Source: a virus. From it: 64,000 nt of DNA. Below are positions 37,010 to 49,100 of this stretch, piece after piece (within the stretch, counting starts at the first letter, position 1; each line of letters begins with the position of its first letter). Position numbers and translations under genes: made by a program. The stretch lies in IMG/VR virus record IMGVR_UViG_3300042446_001683. One strand, given 5' to 3'. The notes below the pieces were generated by a model. That model had not been told where the DNA came from. It was given only the letters and a program-made list of their open reading frames with translations, and ran no database searches.

Positions 37010-39208
37010 ATGGCAGAAACTTTAGTATCACCAGGTGTATTAGCAAGAGAGAATGATAGTTCATTTGTTTCTCAAGGCCCAATAACCGCAGGAGCAGCTA
37101 TTATAGGTCCAACAGTGAAAGGACCAGTAGAATTACCTACAGCTGTTACTTCATACTCACAGTTTGAGCAAATATTCGGTTCATCATTTCAAAGTGGTAG
37201 TCCTGCTCAAACATATTCTTATTTCACTTCCATAGCAGCTTATAATTACTTTAATAACGGTGGAACATCATTATTAGTAGCTCGCGTAGTGACAGGATCA
37301 TATACCTCAGCTACAGCAAGTGCCGCTAACGGTGTAACTGGAGTAGGAGGAAATTATGCTTCAGCTTCATTTACAGTATTAGGCCCATACACAGCTTCTG
37401 GAGCCGGACAAGTTTTTGGTGGAACTATTAAAATAAATGTACCAACAAACATTTCTGGAGAAACTGTTAATTATTGGTTGCAACCATCATGGGGTGGATG
37501 GCAAGAATATGACGCTGGTTCAAATACTGGATTTGTTAGTATGTCAGCTAATCCATCAATAGATGAATGGGGTGGTAAAATGGCAAACTTCATTAATAGT
37601 TCTTCTATTAATAGTGTCACAAACGAAGTATATACTTTATTCTCAGCTTCATATAACACAGGTACAGATGTTCTTACTATATGGAGTAGAACTTCAAGTT
37701 CATTATTAAATGGTACTACTGTTAGATACGGATTTGCTCCATTTAATTACATTTACGCTGGAGCTTCTGATAGTGCTTTCTCAGCAAGTGTAAGCTTAGG
37801 AGGTGGATATGCTGGAGTATTATCAACTTCATTTACTTTAGAAACTTTATCTGAAGGTATTATAATGAATAGTGATAGTACACAAGACTCAGCTGGAGCA
37901 TTACTAAGTGGATCATCAGATAATATCCGATATCAAATTGTTAACTCTAATGCTACTTCAGGAACATTTGATTTATTAATACGTCAAGGTAATGATAACA
38001 CTTTAGAGCCAACAGTATTAGAAACATGGACTAATTTATCTTTAGATCCATTCTCTACAAACTATATATCTAAAGTAATAGGAGATCAATACTATACATT
38101 ACAAACTGATAGTGGAACAGGAACAAAATATTTACAATTAACTGGTAATTATCCGAACATATCAAAATATGTGAGAGTAGGTAGTGTTAACTATACAACA
38201 CCAAACTACTTCCAAAATAACGGAACATTCAACCCAGCATATACAGCTTCTTTACCTACTAATGCAAGTGGTGCATTTGGTGGAGCTTTAGGAGATATAA
38301 AAGCTGGAGCTAATTTTTATAATGCTGTTAATGCTAGTAATACTCAAGGTTTAGTAGGAGAAAATTATGATAACATGATTGCTTTATTAGCTAACCAAGA
38401 TGATTACAAGTATAATGTAATATTAACTCCTGGTTTGTATGATGCAGGTTATACTTCTCAAGTAACAAATATTATAACTAATACTCAAAACAGAGGAGAT
38501 GCTATTTATGTAATTGACCCAGTAGCTTATGGTGCAGGAAGTGTTACTACAGTTACAGCTCAAGCTGCTACTAGAAATACATCATATGCTGCTGAATACT
38601 GGCCATGGTGTCAAATTCAAGACCCAGCAACTGGACAAAACGTTTGGGTACCAGCTTCAACATTAATAGGTGGAGTTTATGCTTATAATGATAATGTTTC
38701 TGAGCCATGGTTCGCACCAGCAGGTATAAACAGAGGTGGATTATCTCAAGTAATTAGAGCTGAAAGACGTTTACCACAAGGTGATAGAGATACTTTATAT
38801 ACTGGAAAAGTAAACCCAATAGCTACATTCCCAGGAACTGGAGTAGTAGTATACGGACAAAAGACATTACAAACAAGAGCAAGTGCTTTAGATCGTGTAA
38901 ATGTTCGTCGTCTATTAATCGCTCTTAAGAACTATATCTCTCAAGTTGCTAATAACTTAGTATTTGAACAAAATACAGCTGCTACAAGAAATAACTTCTT
39001 AGCACAAGTTAACCCATACTTAGAGTCAGTTCAACAAAGACAAGGATTGTATGCTTTCCGAGTAATAATGGATGATAGTAATAATACTCCAACAGTAATT
39101 GATCAAAATCAAATGGTAGGACAAATTTATTTACAACCTACTAAAACTGCTGAATTTATTTACTTAGATTTCAATATTACACCAACTGGAGCAACTTTCC
39201 CAGCATAA
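37010..39208 (+). CDS. gp18: Tail sheath protein (gp18-like)
   Basis: SPGVLAREND, PWFAPAGINRG, VNPI, YGQKTL, RVNVRRL, FEQN. Confidence 0.95.
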   Translation: MAETLVSPGVLARENDSSFVSQGPITAGAAIIGPTVKGPVELPTAVTSYSQFEQIFGSSFQSGSPAQTYSYFTSIAAYNYFNNGGTSLLVARVVTGSYTSATASAANGVTGVGGNYASASFTVLGPYTASGAGQVFGGTIKINVPTNISGETVNYWLQPSWGGWQEYDAGSNTGFVSMSANPSIDEWGGKMANFINSSSINSVTNEVYTLFSASYNTGTDVLTIWSRTSSSLLNGTTVRYGFAPFNYIYAGASDSAFSASVSLGGGYAGVLSTSFTLETLSEGIIMNSDSTQDSAGALLSGSSDNIRYQIVNSNATSGTFDLLIRQGNDNTLEPTVLETWTNLSLDPFSTNYISKVIGDQYYTLQTDSGTGTKYLQLTGNYPNISKYVRVGSVNYTTPNYFQNNGTFNPAYTASLPTNASGAFGGALGDIKAGANFYNAVNASNTQGLVGENYDNMIALLANQDDYKYNVILTPGLYDAGYTSQVTNIITNTQNRGDAIYVIDPVAYGAGSVTTVTAQAATRNTSYAAEYWPWCQIQDPATGQNVWVPASTLIGGVYAYNDNVSEPWFAPAGINRGGLSQVIRAERRLPQGDRDTLYTGKVNPIATFPGTGVVVYGQKTLQTRASALDRVNVRRLLIALKNYISQVANNLVFEQNTAATRNNFLAQVNPYLESVQQRQGLYAFRVIMDDSNNTPTVIDQNQMVGQIYLQPTKTAEFIYLDFNITPTGATFPA

Positions 39209-39246
39209 AGATTAATTATATAGATATTTATAATAAATAAAAAGAC

Positions 39247-39735
39247 ATGGCAATATTAGACGCAAACGAAATATTCTTCACAGCCTTTGAACCAAAACAG
39301 GCTAACAGATTCATCCTTTATATGGATGGTATTCCTAGCTATATAGTTAAAGGAGTAAACGCTGTAACACTGACTCAAGGTGAAGTAACATTGAACCATA
39401 TTAACGTATACAGAAAAGTTAAAGGAAAAACAACTTGGGGTAACATTCAAATGACATTATTTGACCCAATTACACCTTCCGGAGCTCAATCAGTAATGGA
39501 ATGGGTTCGTTTACATCACGAATCAGTAACAGGTAGAGATGGATACTCTGACTTCTATAAAAAGGATTTAGTACTAGATGTATTAGGACCTGTAGGTGAT
39601 GTAGTAAGTGAATGGATTATTAAAGGTGCCCTTATAACTGAAGCTAACTTTGGTGATTATAGTTGGGATACAGAAAACCAAGCAGTGAATATACAATTAA
39701 CATTGACAATGGATTACTGCGTATTAAACTTCTAA
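39247..39735 (+). CDS. gp19: Tail tube protein (gp19-like)
   Basis: FEPKQANRF, W..I..TL.D, YKKD; follows the sheath gene. Confidence 0.85.
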   Translation: MAILDANEIFFTAFEPKQANRFILYMDGIPSYIVKGVNAVTLTQGEVTLNHINVYRKVKGKTTWGNIQMTLFDPITPSGAQSVMEWVRLHHESVTGRDGYSDFYKKDLVLDVLGPVGDVVSEWIIKGALITEANFGDYSWDTENQAVNIQLTLTMDYCVLNF

Positions 39736-39756
39736 TCTCAAAATCATATTTTAAAA

Positions 39757-39787
39757 GAGCTCGCATATTTTGCGAGCTTCTTTTTTT
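39757..39787 (+). terminator. Intrinsic terminator
   Basis: AGCTCGCA-TATTT-TGCGAGCT followed by a T-tract. Confidence 0.85.
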
Positions 39788-39831
39788 CTTATATATTTAT
39801 ATATGATATCAAGTTATAACTAATAAAAGCT

Positions 39832-40563
39832 ATGAGCGAAAATAAATTAAACATTCCAACAGAAGTTGTTGAACTTCCATCATTAGGATTAATCTATCCT
39901 GAATCATCACCATTATCAAGTGGTAAAATTGAAATGAAATATATGACGGCTAGAGAAGAAGATATTCTTACTAACCAAAACTATATATCAAAAGGAACAG
40001 TACTAGACAAATTAATGCAATCACTTATAGTCTCAGATATAAATTATGATGAGTTATGTGTTGGTGACAAAAACGCTGTTATGGTAGCTGCCCGTGTATT
40101 AGGATACGGTAAAGATTACTCAGTAACATATGGTGGTGAACAATATATTATTGACTTATCATTATTAGATAATAAATCATTAGATAAGAAATTATTTAAA
40201 AAAGGAGTAAACGAATTTGATTTTACTTTACCTCATACTAATACTCCTATTACATTTAAACTTTTAACTCATGGTGATGAAAAGAAAATTAGCCAAGAAA
40301 TCGAAGGTTTAAAGAAAATCAATAAAGACACCTCACCAGAATTATCTACTCGTTTAAAATACATAATTACATCAGTAAATGGTGATCGTGAATTAAAAAC
40401 AATTAGAGAATTTGTTGATAATTACTTATTAGCTCGTGATTCAAGAGCGTTAAGAGAATATATTAGACAAGTTCAACCTGATGTTGATTTAACATTTACT
40501 ACAAATGATGGAGAGGAGGCTATCATTCCAATCAATTTAAACTTTTTTTGGCCTGACATCTGA
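39832..40563 (+). CDS. Baseplate-hub/tail assembly chaperone (T4 gp26-like)
   Basis: VELPS.G..Y, MTAREEDIL, AR..GYG; ends NFFWP. Confidence 0.75.
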   Translation: MSENKLNIPTEVVELPSLGLIYPESSPLSSGKIEMKYMTAREEDILTNQNYISKGTVLDKLMQSLIVSDINYDELCVGDKNAVMVAARVLGYGKDYSVTYGGEQYIIDLSLLDNKSLDKKLFKKGVNEFDFTLPHTNTPITFKLLTHGDEKKISQEIEGLKKINKDTSPELSTRLKYIITSVNGDRELKTIREFVDNYLLARDSRALREYIRQVQPDVDLTFTTNDGEEAIIPINLNFFWPDI

Positions 40564-40834
40564 TAACATCTCTGTAGTAAGAGCTAATTTATTTATTCAA
40601 ATTCATGAAATTGTTTTTCATGGTCAAGGTGGATATGATTGGGATACTATATATAACATGCCTTCATGGTTACGTAAGTTTACATTCAATCGAATACAAA
40701 CTTATTATAAAGAACAAAATAACGAACAGAATGAAGATTTAGCATCTCAATCTAAAAAGATAAAAGAAGGTAAAGTTGATTTACCATCTCATTTTAAAGG
40801 AAAAATAGATAATAAAAAAATAGCCAAGTATTAA
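40541..40834 (+). CDS. gp51-like chaperone extension in the +1 frame with no upstream ATG; probably reached by frameshift
   Basis: Hand translation TFFGLTSDNISVVRANLFIQIHEIVFHGQGGYDWDTIYNMPSWLRKFTF...; the frame opens just before the T7 run at 40543-40549. Confidence 0.7.
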   Translation, partial: TFFGLTSDNISVVRANLFIQIHEIVFHGQGGYDWDTIYNMPSWLRKFTFNRIQTYYKEQNNEQNEDLASQSKKIKEGKVDLPSHFKGKIDNKKIAKY

Positions 40835-40847
40835 AACTTGGCTTTTT
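40822..40847 (+). terminator. Probable intrinsic terminator
   Basis: AGCCAAGT-ATTAAA-ACTTGGCT followed by TTTT. Confidence 0.65.
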
Positions 40848-40873
40848 CTATATTTATTACATATATCTAAATT

Positions 40874-43303
40874 ATGGCTCAAGTATCTCTTAACGAATTA
40901 GAAGAATTAAAAAAACTATATCAACAGATTGATGCCCTTACAACGCAACAAGCTGAAGCAGAAGCTAACCGAGTTCAACAACTAGGAAATGCTAGCCAGC
41001 AATTAGCTCGATTACGTAAAGAATACAATGACCTTACCTCAGATATTTCAAGATCTTTAGATATATTCAGATCTATAACTCAAGAAATAAGTAAACAGAA
41101 TTTAGGTATAAATGAATCTAAAAAAGGATATAATGGGTTATCATCTATAGCTGAGAAAGTCCAAAGTCATCAAAAAGGAATATCTGAATTATCTTCTAAA
41201 GATGTTGCTGAACTTCAGAAAAAAGTTAAACAAGAACAATTAAGATTATCTAATGCTCAAAGTTTATTACAAAATAAAGAGCAAGAGTTAACAATTGAAA
41301 AACAACAAAAAGAAGCACTTGCTGCTCAACAAGCAGCTGGAATAGCTTATTTACAAAATCTTCAACAAACTGGAAATATATCAAGCAACCAGTTAAATCG
41401 ATTAAATGCTTTAATAAAAGCACAAGATAAAAATAATAAACAAATAGATTCTTTAAATACTAAACTTTTTGATGTTCAAACTGCATTTTCAAATAATGAA
41501 GCTATCATTAATGAAACAGATGCTGGACTTAGAGATTTAAATTTAACTCTTGAAAGAACTTTTAAACAAGCTCAAAATGTTGAAAAAGCTTTAGGTTTAG
41601 GTGGTAATGCTGCTAAGGGAATAGAAAAAGCTTTAAACAGTGTAGGTTTAGGTGATTTAGCTAGTAAATTAGGTTTAGACGAGGTTAATAAAAAAATGAA
41701 AGAAACCGCTGACAGAGTTACTGAAGGTGGGGAGAAAGCAGCTGGTTTTGGAGGTAAAATTAGAGTTTTAGGGGCGGGTATAGCTGAGATGGGTAAACAA
41801 CTAGCTAAAGGTCTTTTAGACCCATTAGCTATATTAGGTTTCTTATTAAAAGGATTTTTAGCTCTAGATAAAGCCCAAACTGAATTTACTAGAGAAACAG
41901 GACATAGTATTGATTTTGTCGATACACTAAATACTAGTTTAATATCCTCAGCTGATTATATTAGGGCAGCTACTGAATTAACTAAACAGTTTGGTTTGGC
42001 AGCAGATGCTATTTTTACAAAAGAAACTCTTCAAGAAGCTACTGAAATGGTAGAATTGATGGGTGTTACTAATGAACAAGCAGGTGAATTAGCTCGATTA
42101 TCTAAAATATCAGGTACTGAATTAAAAGCTAATAATGAAAAAATTATGGCTTCTTATAGTAGTTTTGTTAAATTAAACAAAACAGGTATAAGTGCTAAAT
42201 CTGTATTTAATGATGTCGCTAAAGTATCTAGTACTATAGCTATGTCATTTAAAGGTAACACAGTAGAAATTGCTAAATCAGTAATGGAAGCTAGGAAATT
42301 AGGATTAAGTCTTGAACAAGTTGATAAAGTAGCAGAATCATTACTTAATTTTGAAGATAGTATAGCTGCTGAATTAGAAGCAGAATTATTAACTGGTAAG
42401 CAAATTAATCTAGAACAAGCTAGGTTATATGCATTAAACAACGATATAGCGGGTTTAACCAAGGAAATAGGTAATAACCAGGAAATCATCGCTTCATTCT
42501 CTTCAGGTAATCGTATCCAACAAGAAGCAATAGCTAAGACTTTAGGTATGAGTAGAGAAGAAATGTCTAAAATGATTTATGATTCACAAATAGCTAATGG
42601 TTTAACAGAAGAACAAGCAGCTAAATTAGCAGATGTATCTTTAGAAGACATGAAACGATTAAGTATACAAGAAAGTATAAATAAATCTATAGAAAAAATG
42701 TCTGAAGCATTAGCTGGTCCTCTATCTATGTTAGCTGAAATGTTAAGTCATAGTACTATCTTGTATGGGATAATGGCAGGGATTGGAATTATTATGGCTA
42801 ATCAAATAGTAGCGAGCACAATAGCGTTTGGAAAAAGTTTAGCTACAGCTATACCTAAATTAACAGCTATATTAGGTTTAGAAAGTGGAATAGCTGCCGC
42901 TAAAATAGCAGTAAATCCATTTTTATTAGTGGCAGGTGCCGCAGCTGCTATAGGATTAGGAGCTTTAATTAATTCTGCTTCAAAACCAAAAACACCTGGA
43001 TTAGCAGAAGGAGGTACTGTATTAAGCGAAGGAGCTATTATGGTAGGAGAAGAAGGACCTGAAATTATGACCGCAAAACCAGGTGCAACTGTCACACCAT
43101 TAAATTCATTAAACGCGGCTAAAACTGGAGGAAATGGAGGATCTGATGCAGCTATATTAAATGAAATTAAAAACTTACTACAACAAATAGCATCAACACC
43201 TGGTACAGTTATGTTAGATGGAACTAAAATAGGAACAGCATTAACTCCGTTTGTAAACCAAACAAACATTCAAACACAAGTTAAAACAGGCGCTAATTTA
43301 TAA
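40874..43303 (+). CDS. Tape measure protein
   Basis: Long Ala/Leu-rich helical protein, LLNFEDSIAAELEAELLTG, C-terminal LAEGG..VGEEGPE; follows the chaperone. Confidence 0.8.
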   Translation: MAQVSLNELEELKKLYQQIDALTTQQAEAEANRVQQLGNASQQLARLRKEYNDLTSDISRSLDIFRSITQEISKQNLGINESKKGYNGLSSIAEKVQSHQKGISELSSKDVAELQKKVKQEQLRLSNAQSLLQNKEQELTIEKQQKEALAAQQAAGIAYLQNLQQTGNISSNQLNRLNALIKAQDKNNKQIDSLNTKLFDVQTAFSNNEAIINETDAGLRDLNLTLERTFKQAQNVEKALGLGGNAAKGIEKALNSVGLGDLASKLGLDEVNKKMKETADRVTEGGEKAAGFGGKIRVLGAGIAEMGKQLAKGLLDPLAILGFLLKGFLALDKAQTEFTRETGHSIDFVDTLNTSLISSADYIRAATELTKQFGLAADAIFTKETLQEATEMVELMGVTNEQAGELARLSKISGTELKANNEKIMASYSSFVKLNKTGISAKSVFNDVAKVSSTIAMSFKGNTVEIAKSVMEARKLGLSLEQVDKVAESLLNFEDSIAAELEAELLTGKQINLEQARLYALNNDIAGLTKEIGNNQEIIASFSSGNRIQQEAIAKTLGMSREEMSKMIYDSQIANGLTEEQAAKLADVSLEDMKRLSIQESINKSIEKMSEALAGPLSMLAEMLSHSTILYGIMAGIGIIMANQIVASTIAFGKSLATAIPKLTAILGLESGIAAAKIAVNPFLLVAGAAAAIGLGALINSASKPKTPGLAEGGTVLSEGAIMVGEEGPEIMTAKPGATVTPLNSLNAAKTGGNGGSDAAILNEIKNLLQQIASTPGTVMLDGTKIGTALTPFVNQTNIQTQVKTGANL

Positions 43304-43334
43304 TATTTATAATAAACTTAAAAACTACAAAATC

Positions 43335-43616
43335 ATGGGATTATTAGATTTACTTCAAAACCAAGGATCTACCTTAACAGCTTATGATGGGACTACTCCT
43401 AGTATTAATCCACTAGCTACTCCTCAATCTCAAATGCATACTGGGTATTCAATTAATGGCACTAACGCTAATGTTGTCAATGGATCATATCAAGAGTACT
43501 TAGATGGTACTGCTAACTTTTTACCAACACCATCACAATTAGATTTAAATGGTGCTACCCCAAATATCTCTCCAAGCGGACAAGGGTTACCATATTTGAA
43601 TAATTTACCTGGATAA
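43335..43616 (+). CDS. Small tail/baseplate-associated protein
   Basis: MGLLDLL..GS, SQLDLNG.TP; synteny. Confidence 0.55.
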   Translation: MGLLDLLQNQGSTLTAYDGTTPSINPLATPQSQMHTGYSINGTNANVVNGSYQEYLDGTANFLPTPSQLDLNGATPNISPSGQGLPYLNNLPG

Positions 43617-45811
43617 TGGGATTAATTGATTTAAGAACTGATCTTAAATCTCTCAGATATGGTAATGATCAAAGAGGAGGTGGTTCAAGTAACCAACCTT
43701 ACATTACCACTTCCATACCTGAGGGTTTTGCTCCAACGTCAACAGATTTTTTGTTACGTAATGGATATTTAAACCCTGTTAACTCATTCCAGGATGTAAA
43801 AAGATTATCTAAATTCTTTACTGATACAAAAACTCCTAATGGTTTATTATTCACTATTAAACAACAATTATTAGAGAGACAAAATCCTAAATTAGTTAAT
43901 ATTAATAGAATTTATAATCCATTAGGAACATTAGCTCAAGCTGGTTTAAATTCTTTAGGTTTTCATGTTAATAAACAAGGTTTAAACCCATCAGAACCAT
44001 CATATTTTAATGGTGGAACTTATGGTTATTACTACGCTACTAGAGGATTAGGTACAAATCCTCAATCTCAATTTTTACAAGGTGAAGGATATGAAAATAG
44101 ATTAACTATAGCATATACTGCTAAAATAGAAAAAAAACCATTAGGTTCTTTAACTATTAATCCTTTTGGTATAACAAATTTATCTGGGGAAAATATTCTA
44201 TTATCATATTCTGGAGGTCCTAATGCTCCATTAGGATTAGGGATAACTAATATTAGAATTAAAAATCCTACTCGTACTGTAGATTTACCTAAAGATAGAA
44301 CTACATTTAGACTTAAAATAGGTGGAGACAATATTGCTAATAAAAATTATTTAACATATACTGGTAAACCAAATATCAATTGGGTTCTTGATGAGTATAA
44401 ACTTAATATATCTAATCAGGTTATATTTGATTTAGATTTAGAAAATAATCAAGATATATTATTTACAAATAATGTTAGTAATATATTAAATAGAAGCAAT
44501 GATAATGTTGTAAGTACATTATATGCTCCTATATCTGCTAAAGAAAGTACATTAGAAATAAACAGACTAGGATCAGATCCTTCTAAACCAGAATATTATA
44601 CTCCTACTAGTTTAAGAGTTAGTAATTATGGTTACCAAGTATCATCATCTGGAGTAACTGAAGCAGCTATAAATAGATTTAAACTAGTAACAGACAGAAA
44701 TAGTACAACACTCCCACTTGAAAATAGAAATGATCTATACTTTTCAGATGCTAATATAGCAGGTTTTGTTGGAGCTTTTCCAAAGAATGTTGATGAAAGT
44801 AATAATGTTCGTACTTTTTCAACTACACAATTATTAGACGCTGAGTCTGCTGGAAAATTAAAAGATACAGATTTTGGGACAAATGTTATAGATTTTAGAT
44901 CAACAATTGATGCTAGTTTAGGTGGTGGTAAAATTGTATCTACTAACTATAGTTTTTTTAACAGAGAAAATAAAAGCCAAGACCAAGAAGGATATGGTAC
45001 TAGTAAAACCTCATTTAAAGGAAATTATACAGCAGATAGAGGAAGAGTATTAAACCCAAATATAGCTATATCAAATGATCAATTTGAAATAGGTAAAAAC
45101 GGAGAAGATATTATAGATTTTAACTTTAGAATACTTAATCCAGCAAACACAGGAAATAATAGATTAATTGATTTTAGAGCATATCTTGAATCATGGAGTG
45201 ATGGAGTAAAAGCTGATTATAATCCTGTTAAATACATGGGTAGAGCTGAAAGTTTTTATAAATATGGTGGATTTTCAAGAGATTCTTCTATTGAATTTTT
45301 AGTTCCTGCTTTATCAAGAGGAGATATGATTTCTAATTATCGTAAAGTTAATATGATGATGTGGGCATGTGCTCCTAATTACTCTAGTATAGGATTAATG
45401 AGAGGTAATATTACTGAAGTGTCAATGGGTTCTTATTTTAGAAGTATGCCTTCTATTATTAAAAGTGTAGATGTGGTTGAAATAGATGGAATGGGATGGG
45501 ATATAAATCGAAACCAAGAAGGTAAGGTCATTGACTTCCCAGCAGAATATAAAGATAGTATAGGCTTTCAAGATCCTAAAGATTTTGCACCACCAACAGC
45601 TGATGATTTTTTTACTGGGCAGTTGCCAAAAGGATTAAAAATAACAGTTCAATTCACTCCACTCCATCAATTCACCCCAGAATATGGTCAAGCATTTATA
45701 GGTCAAAATCAAACATATGCTGGTCCATTATGGAATCAGGAAAGCACAATTAATAGAAGTGTATTCTTTTCTTCTGAAGAAAGAAATTATTTTCAAGCAT
45801 CACCAAAATGA
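43616..45811 (+). CDS. Baseplate/tail-tube initiator-like protein
   Basis: C-terminal FRAYL..WSD..Y.GRAE.FY.Y.GFSR tube-like domain. Confidence 0.6.
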   Translation: MGLIDLRTDLKSLRYGNDQRGGGSSNQPYITTSIPEGFAPTSTDFLLRNGYLNPVNSFQDVKRLSKFFTDTKTPNGLLFTIKQQLLERQNPKLVNINRIYNPLGTLAQAGLNSLGFHVNKQGLNPSEPSYFNGGTYGYYYATRGLGTNPQSQFLQGEGYENRLTIAYTAKIEKKPLGSLTINPFGITNLSGENILLSYSGGPNAPLGLGITNIRIKNPTRTVDLPKDRTTFRLKIGGDNIANKNYLTYTGKPNINWVLDEYKLNISNQVIFDLDLENNQDILFTNNVSNILNRSNDNVVSTLYAPISAKESTLEINRLGSDPSKPEYYTPTSLRVSNYGYQVSSSGVTEAAINRFKLVTDRNSTTLPLENRNDLYFSDANIAGFVGAFPKNVDESNNVRTFSTTQLLDAESAGKLKDTDFGTNVIDFRSTIDASLGGGKIVSTNYSFFNRENKSQDQEGYGTSKTSFKGNYTADRGRVLNPNIAISNDQFEIGKNGEDIIDFNFRILNPANTGNNRLIDFRAYLESWSDGVKADYNPVKYMGRAESFYKYGGFSRDSSIEFLVPALSRGDMISNYRKVNMMMWACAPNYSSIGLMRGNITEVSMGSYFRSMPSIIKSVDVVEIDGMGWDINRNQEGKVIDFPAEYKDSIGFQDPKDFAPPTADDFFTGQLPKGLKITVQFTPLHQFTPEYGQAFIGQNQTYAGPLWNQESTINRSVFFSSEERNYFQASPK

Positions 45812-46110
45812 ACCGTTACAAAAGTACTAGAATAATAAATCAACCTGAAACTAATATTAAGTATTATAGAGATACTAAATATCCGGTTATACCTTTATCA
45901 ATAAATGACATTTATGTTATTACAGGTGAAGGAGATAGATATGACAAATTAGCTCAACAATATTATGAAGACAGCAGTTTGTGGTGGGTTATTTCTATAG
46001 CAAATGATAATTTATCTCAAAATTCTCTATTTCCTCCAATAGGAGCACAAATACGTATACCAGTAAACATAAGTGGAATTATAAATAGTTATAATTTACT
46101 AAATCAATAA
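45808..46110 (+). CDS. LysM-like baseplate protein (gp53-like)
   Basis: GDRYDKLAQQYY.DSSLWWVISIAN..G.QIRIP. Confidence 0.8.
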   Translation: MNRYKSTRIINQPETNIKYYRDTKYPVIPLSINDIYVITGEGDRYDKLAQQYYEDSSLWWVISIANDNLSQNSLFPPIGAQIRIPVNISGIINSYNLLNQ

Positions 46111-46114
46111 GGTT

Positions 46115-49100
46115 ATGGCAACTAGAAGCATTATAGGTCCTGGATTCGAAGATTGGGTTCAAAAGCAAATCTCTGTCCGACAGAATGTAAATAAACTAGA
46201 TAACAGAAATAGACAGGAATTAATGTATCAAAATGTTAATACAGCATTTTTACGTCTAACTTCTGGTGTTAATATAGCCACAGGCTTTGATTCTAATAAC
46301 ACTCCAACAGGATATGATAATGGAGCTGAAGCCAAGACATATCAATTATTTAATACTCGATTTAATAATCAATTTGCAGCTGGAGTAGGTATTGGTGCTC
46401 TTAACTCAGCTTATGGTTTCCAATCTACACCTGACTACGGATTTGTACCACCCCCAGGTTTAATATCAGCTGATGTTAAATCATTAAATAGAGGTGCACT
46501 TCGTGATGCTACAATAAACTTAGTATGTCATAGTGCTACTCAATTTGAAATTATAGACCAACTATATCTTAGATTAGGATATTCTATGTTATTAGAGTGG
46601 GGTTGGTCTACTTATTTTGATAACAGTAATAATTACCAAAATGCTACTACTCAAGTAGATGTTGTTAATAAATTTTTAACAACAGGTACTGACCAAAAAT
46701 CACTTTTAGAAGAGATCCAAAAACAAAGAGAAGCATCAGATGGAAATTATGATGCAATGTTTGGTTTAGTTAAGAATTTTTCTTGGAATTTAGAAAAAGA
46801 TGGAAGCTATAATATTACTTTAAATTTAGTATCAGTAGGAGATATAATAGAGTCTTTAAAAGGAAATGTATCTCATCCTGCTGCTTCACAAACAATTCAA
46901 GCACCACCAGAAGACGAACCTCCATTACAATATAATGCTGACAAATCTACTTTAAATAGAATATTATTTTATTTATCAAGTAAACTTCCACCAGATACTA
47001 TATCAATAACAGGTGGATGGGCTTCATTCCTTCAAGGAAATCAAACTACAGCTGATGAAATTGGAAAGCTTATTGGTTTAACACCTAACCAACGTAATGA
47101 TAGACCAAATAGTCAAGGTGATGTAATAGCATTTATATTCCCACAGTTATTAGGAGTAAAACAAACTAATGCTGGGTATAATGCTCAATATTATATGAAG
47201 CTAGGGCTACTTTTAAGAAGTCTTCAAAACTTTTGTTTATTATATGATACATCTAAACCAGATGATGGAAGTGGAAGTAATGTATCTCCATTATTTAATA
47301 TAAATTTCGAGGAAGAAGAAAACTTTATGTTTACTTTTCCAAGACATGGTAGTTTAGATCCTAGAGTATGTTTAATAGATGTTATAAAAGACTTAGATGA
47401 AGGTACCCCTCCAATTATAAACAATAATAATTCAACAGGAGTTATTATGAGTACCAAAACATATACTTGGAGAGCTATTAATGTACAAATTGGTAATCAA
47501 AATCAACCTTCTTTTAGTGATCCTAATTGGATATTTTTATCTCCAGATATAGCACCTTCCGCAGGAGTTTTAGGTTTTTTTAAATCAAATCTATTAGGAG
47601 AATATTATAATGGTGGTATTCTTTTTGATGGAGGACCTGTTATTGATGGTGATAAAAAAGATGCAAAAGTTAAATCATACACTCCTTCCACAACTAATTT
47701 ACTACAAATTAATCAATCACCATCACCCGGGGCATCAAATACTGTAGCTACAGTTTATCCACCTTCAACATGGTCACCTGTTTTAATAGCTGGTAGTGAT
47801 CTTTTAGTTGATAGATTAAATAGTAATATAAATTCTGTTAGTTTACTAAATGATCTTGTAAATGATGCTAGTGGGATTAGAAGTAGAATAGCTACAACCC
47901 CTGTATCTTTAGATATAGGTCTTAATCGTGAAGCTATTGTTAAACTTGAAGAAAAAATTGCGTATAATGAACAATTTAGCTATAAAGGAAGTGTCTCTGG
48001 TACAGAATATACTGATAATAAATTTTGGATAAAAGAAGTAATAGTAACAACTGTCACATATCTTGATGCTAATGCTGGATATAATGATACTAATGTTAAC
48101 AACAACTCAGAAGAAGTTACTTTAGATACTCAAAATAATCTATTTAGTAATATAAGACCAGGTATTAATTATAGAGTTGATAAAGATAACTATCCATTCA
48201 TTGGTAGAACAATGAATATGTACGTTAATATGAATTTTATAGCTAAAACGTTAGAACAATTTATTGATGCTAAATATGGAGCTATATCTATGTATGACTT
48301 TTTAGATAAATTAATGACAGGTATTCAACAAGCTTTAGGTAATGTAAATAACTTTAATATAAGCTATGATGAAGTAACTAATACTTTTAGTATCATAGAC
48401 GGTACATTTATCCCAGGCTTAGATTTATATAAACCAGAAGCTTTTAAAAATAAACCTGTTGAATTTATTACTCATACATTAGATTCAAGTGCTGGTAGTT
48501 TTATGAGAGACGCTACAGTTAAAACTCAATTATCAAATAATTTTGCTACTCAAGTAACTGTTGGAGCTCAAGCTAATGGGAATGTTGTAGGTGAAAATGC
48601 TACTGCTTTAAGTAGATGGAATGTAGGTTTAGTAGATAGAATTATTTTAGAAAAAGATACTAAAAATGGCGCCAAAGGTACTACCACAGCAGATATAGAC
48701 CAAAAATTCTATGTGAATATAGGTCTAGTACAAAACTTATATACAGCTATTAATGACGGAAACATTACAGATCAACAAATAGATGGCTCAAGAGACGCGG
48801 CTGTTGATTTATTTAAATATGAAACTGGTTTGTATACTAAAGAAGGATTTATACCTGGTATTGGATTTATACCTATTAACGCTGAATTAACAATGGATGG
48901 ATTAAGCGGTATGAGAATATATGAATCATATACTGCTGATACTCGATTACTTCCTCCTAAATATAAAGATGCAATCCAATTTATTATAACAGGAGTATCT
49001 CATCGTATTCAAAATAATGATTGGACCACTACTATAACAAGTATCTCAGGACCTAAATATACTGGAAGAGGATCTACAAAAGCTCTACCAGCTATTAAAA

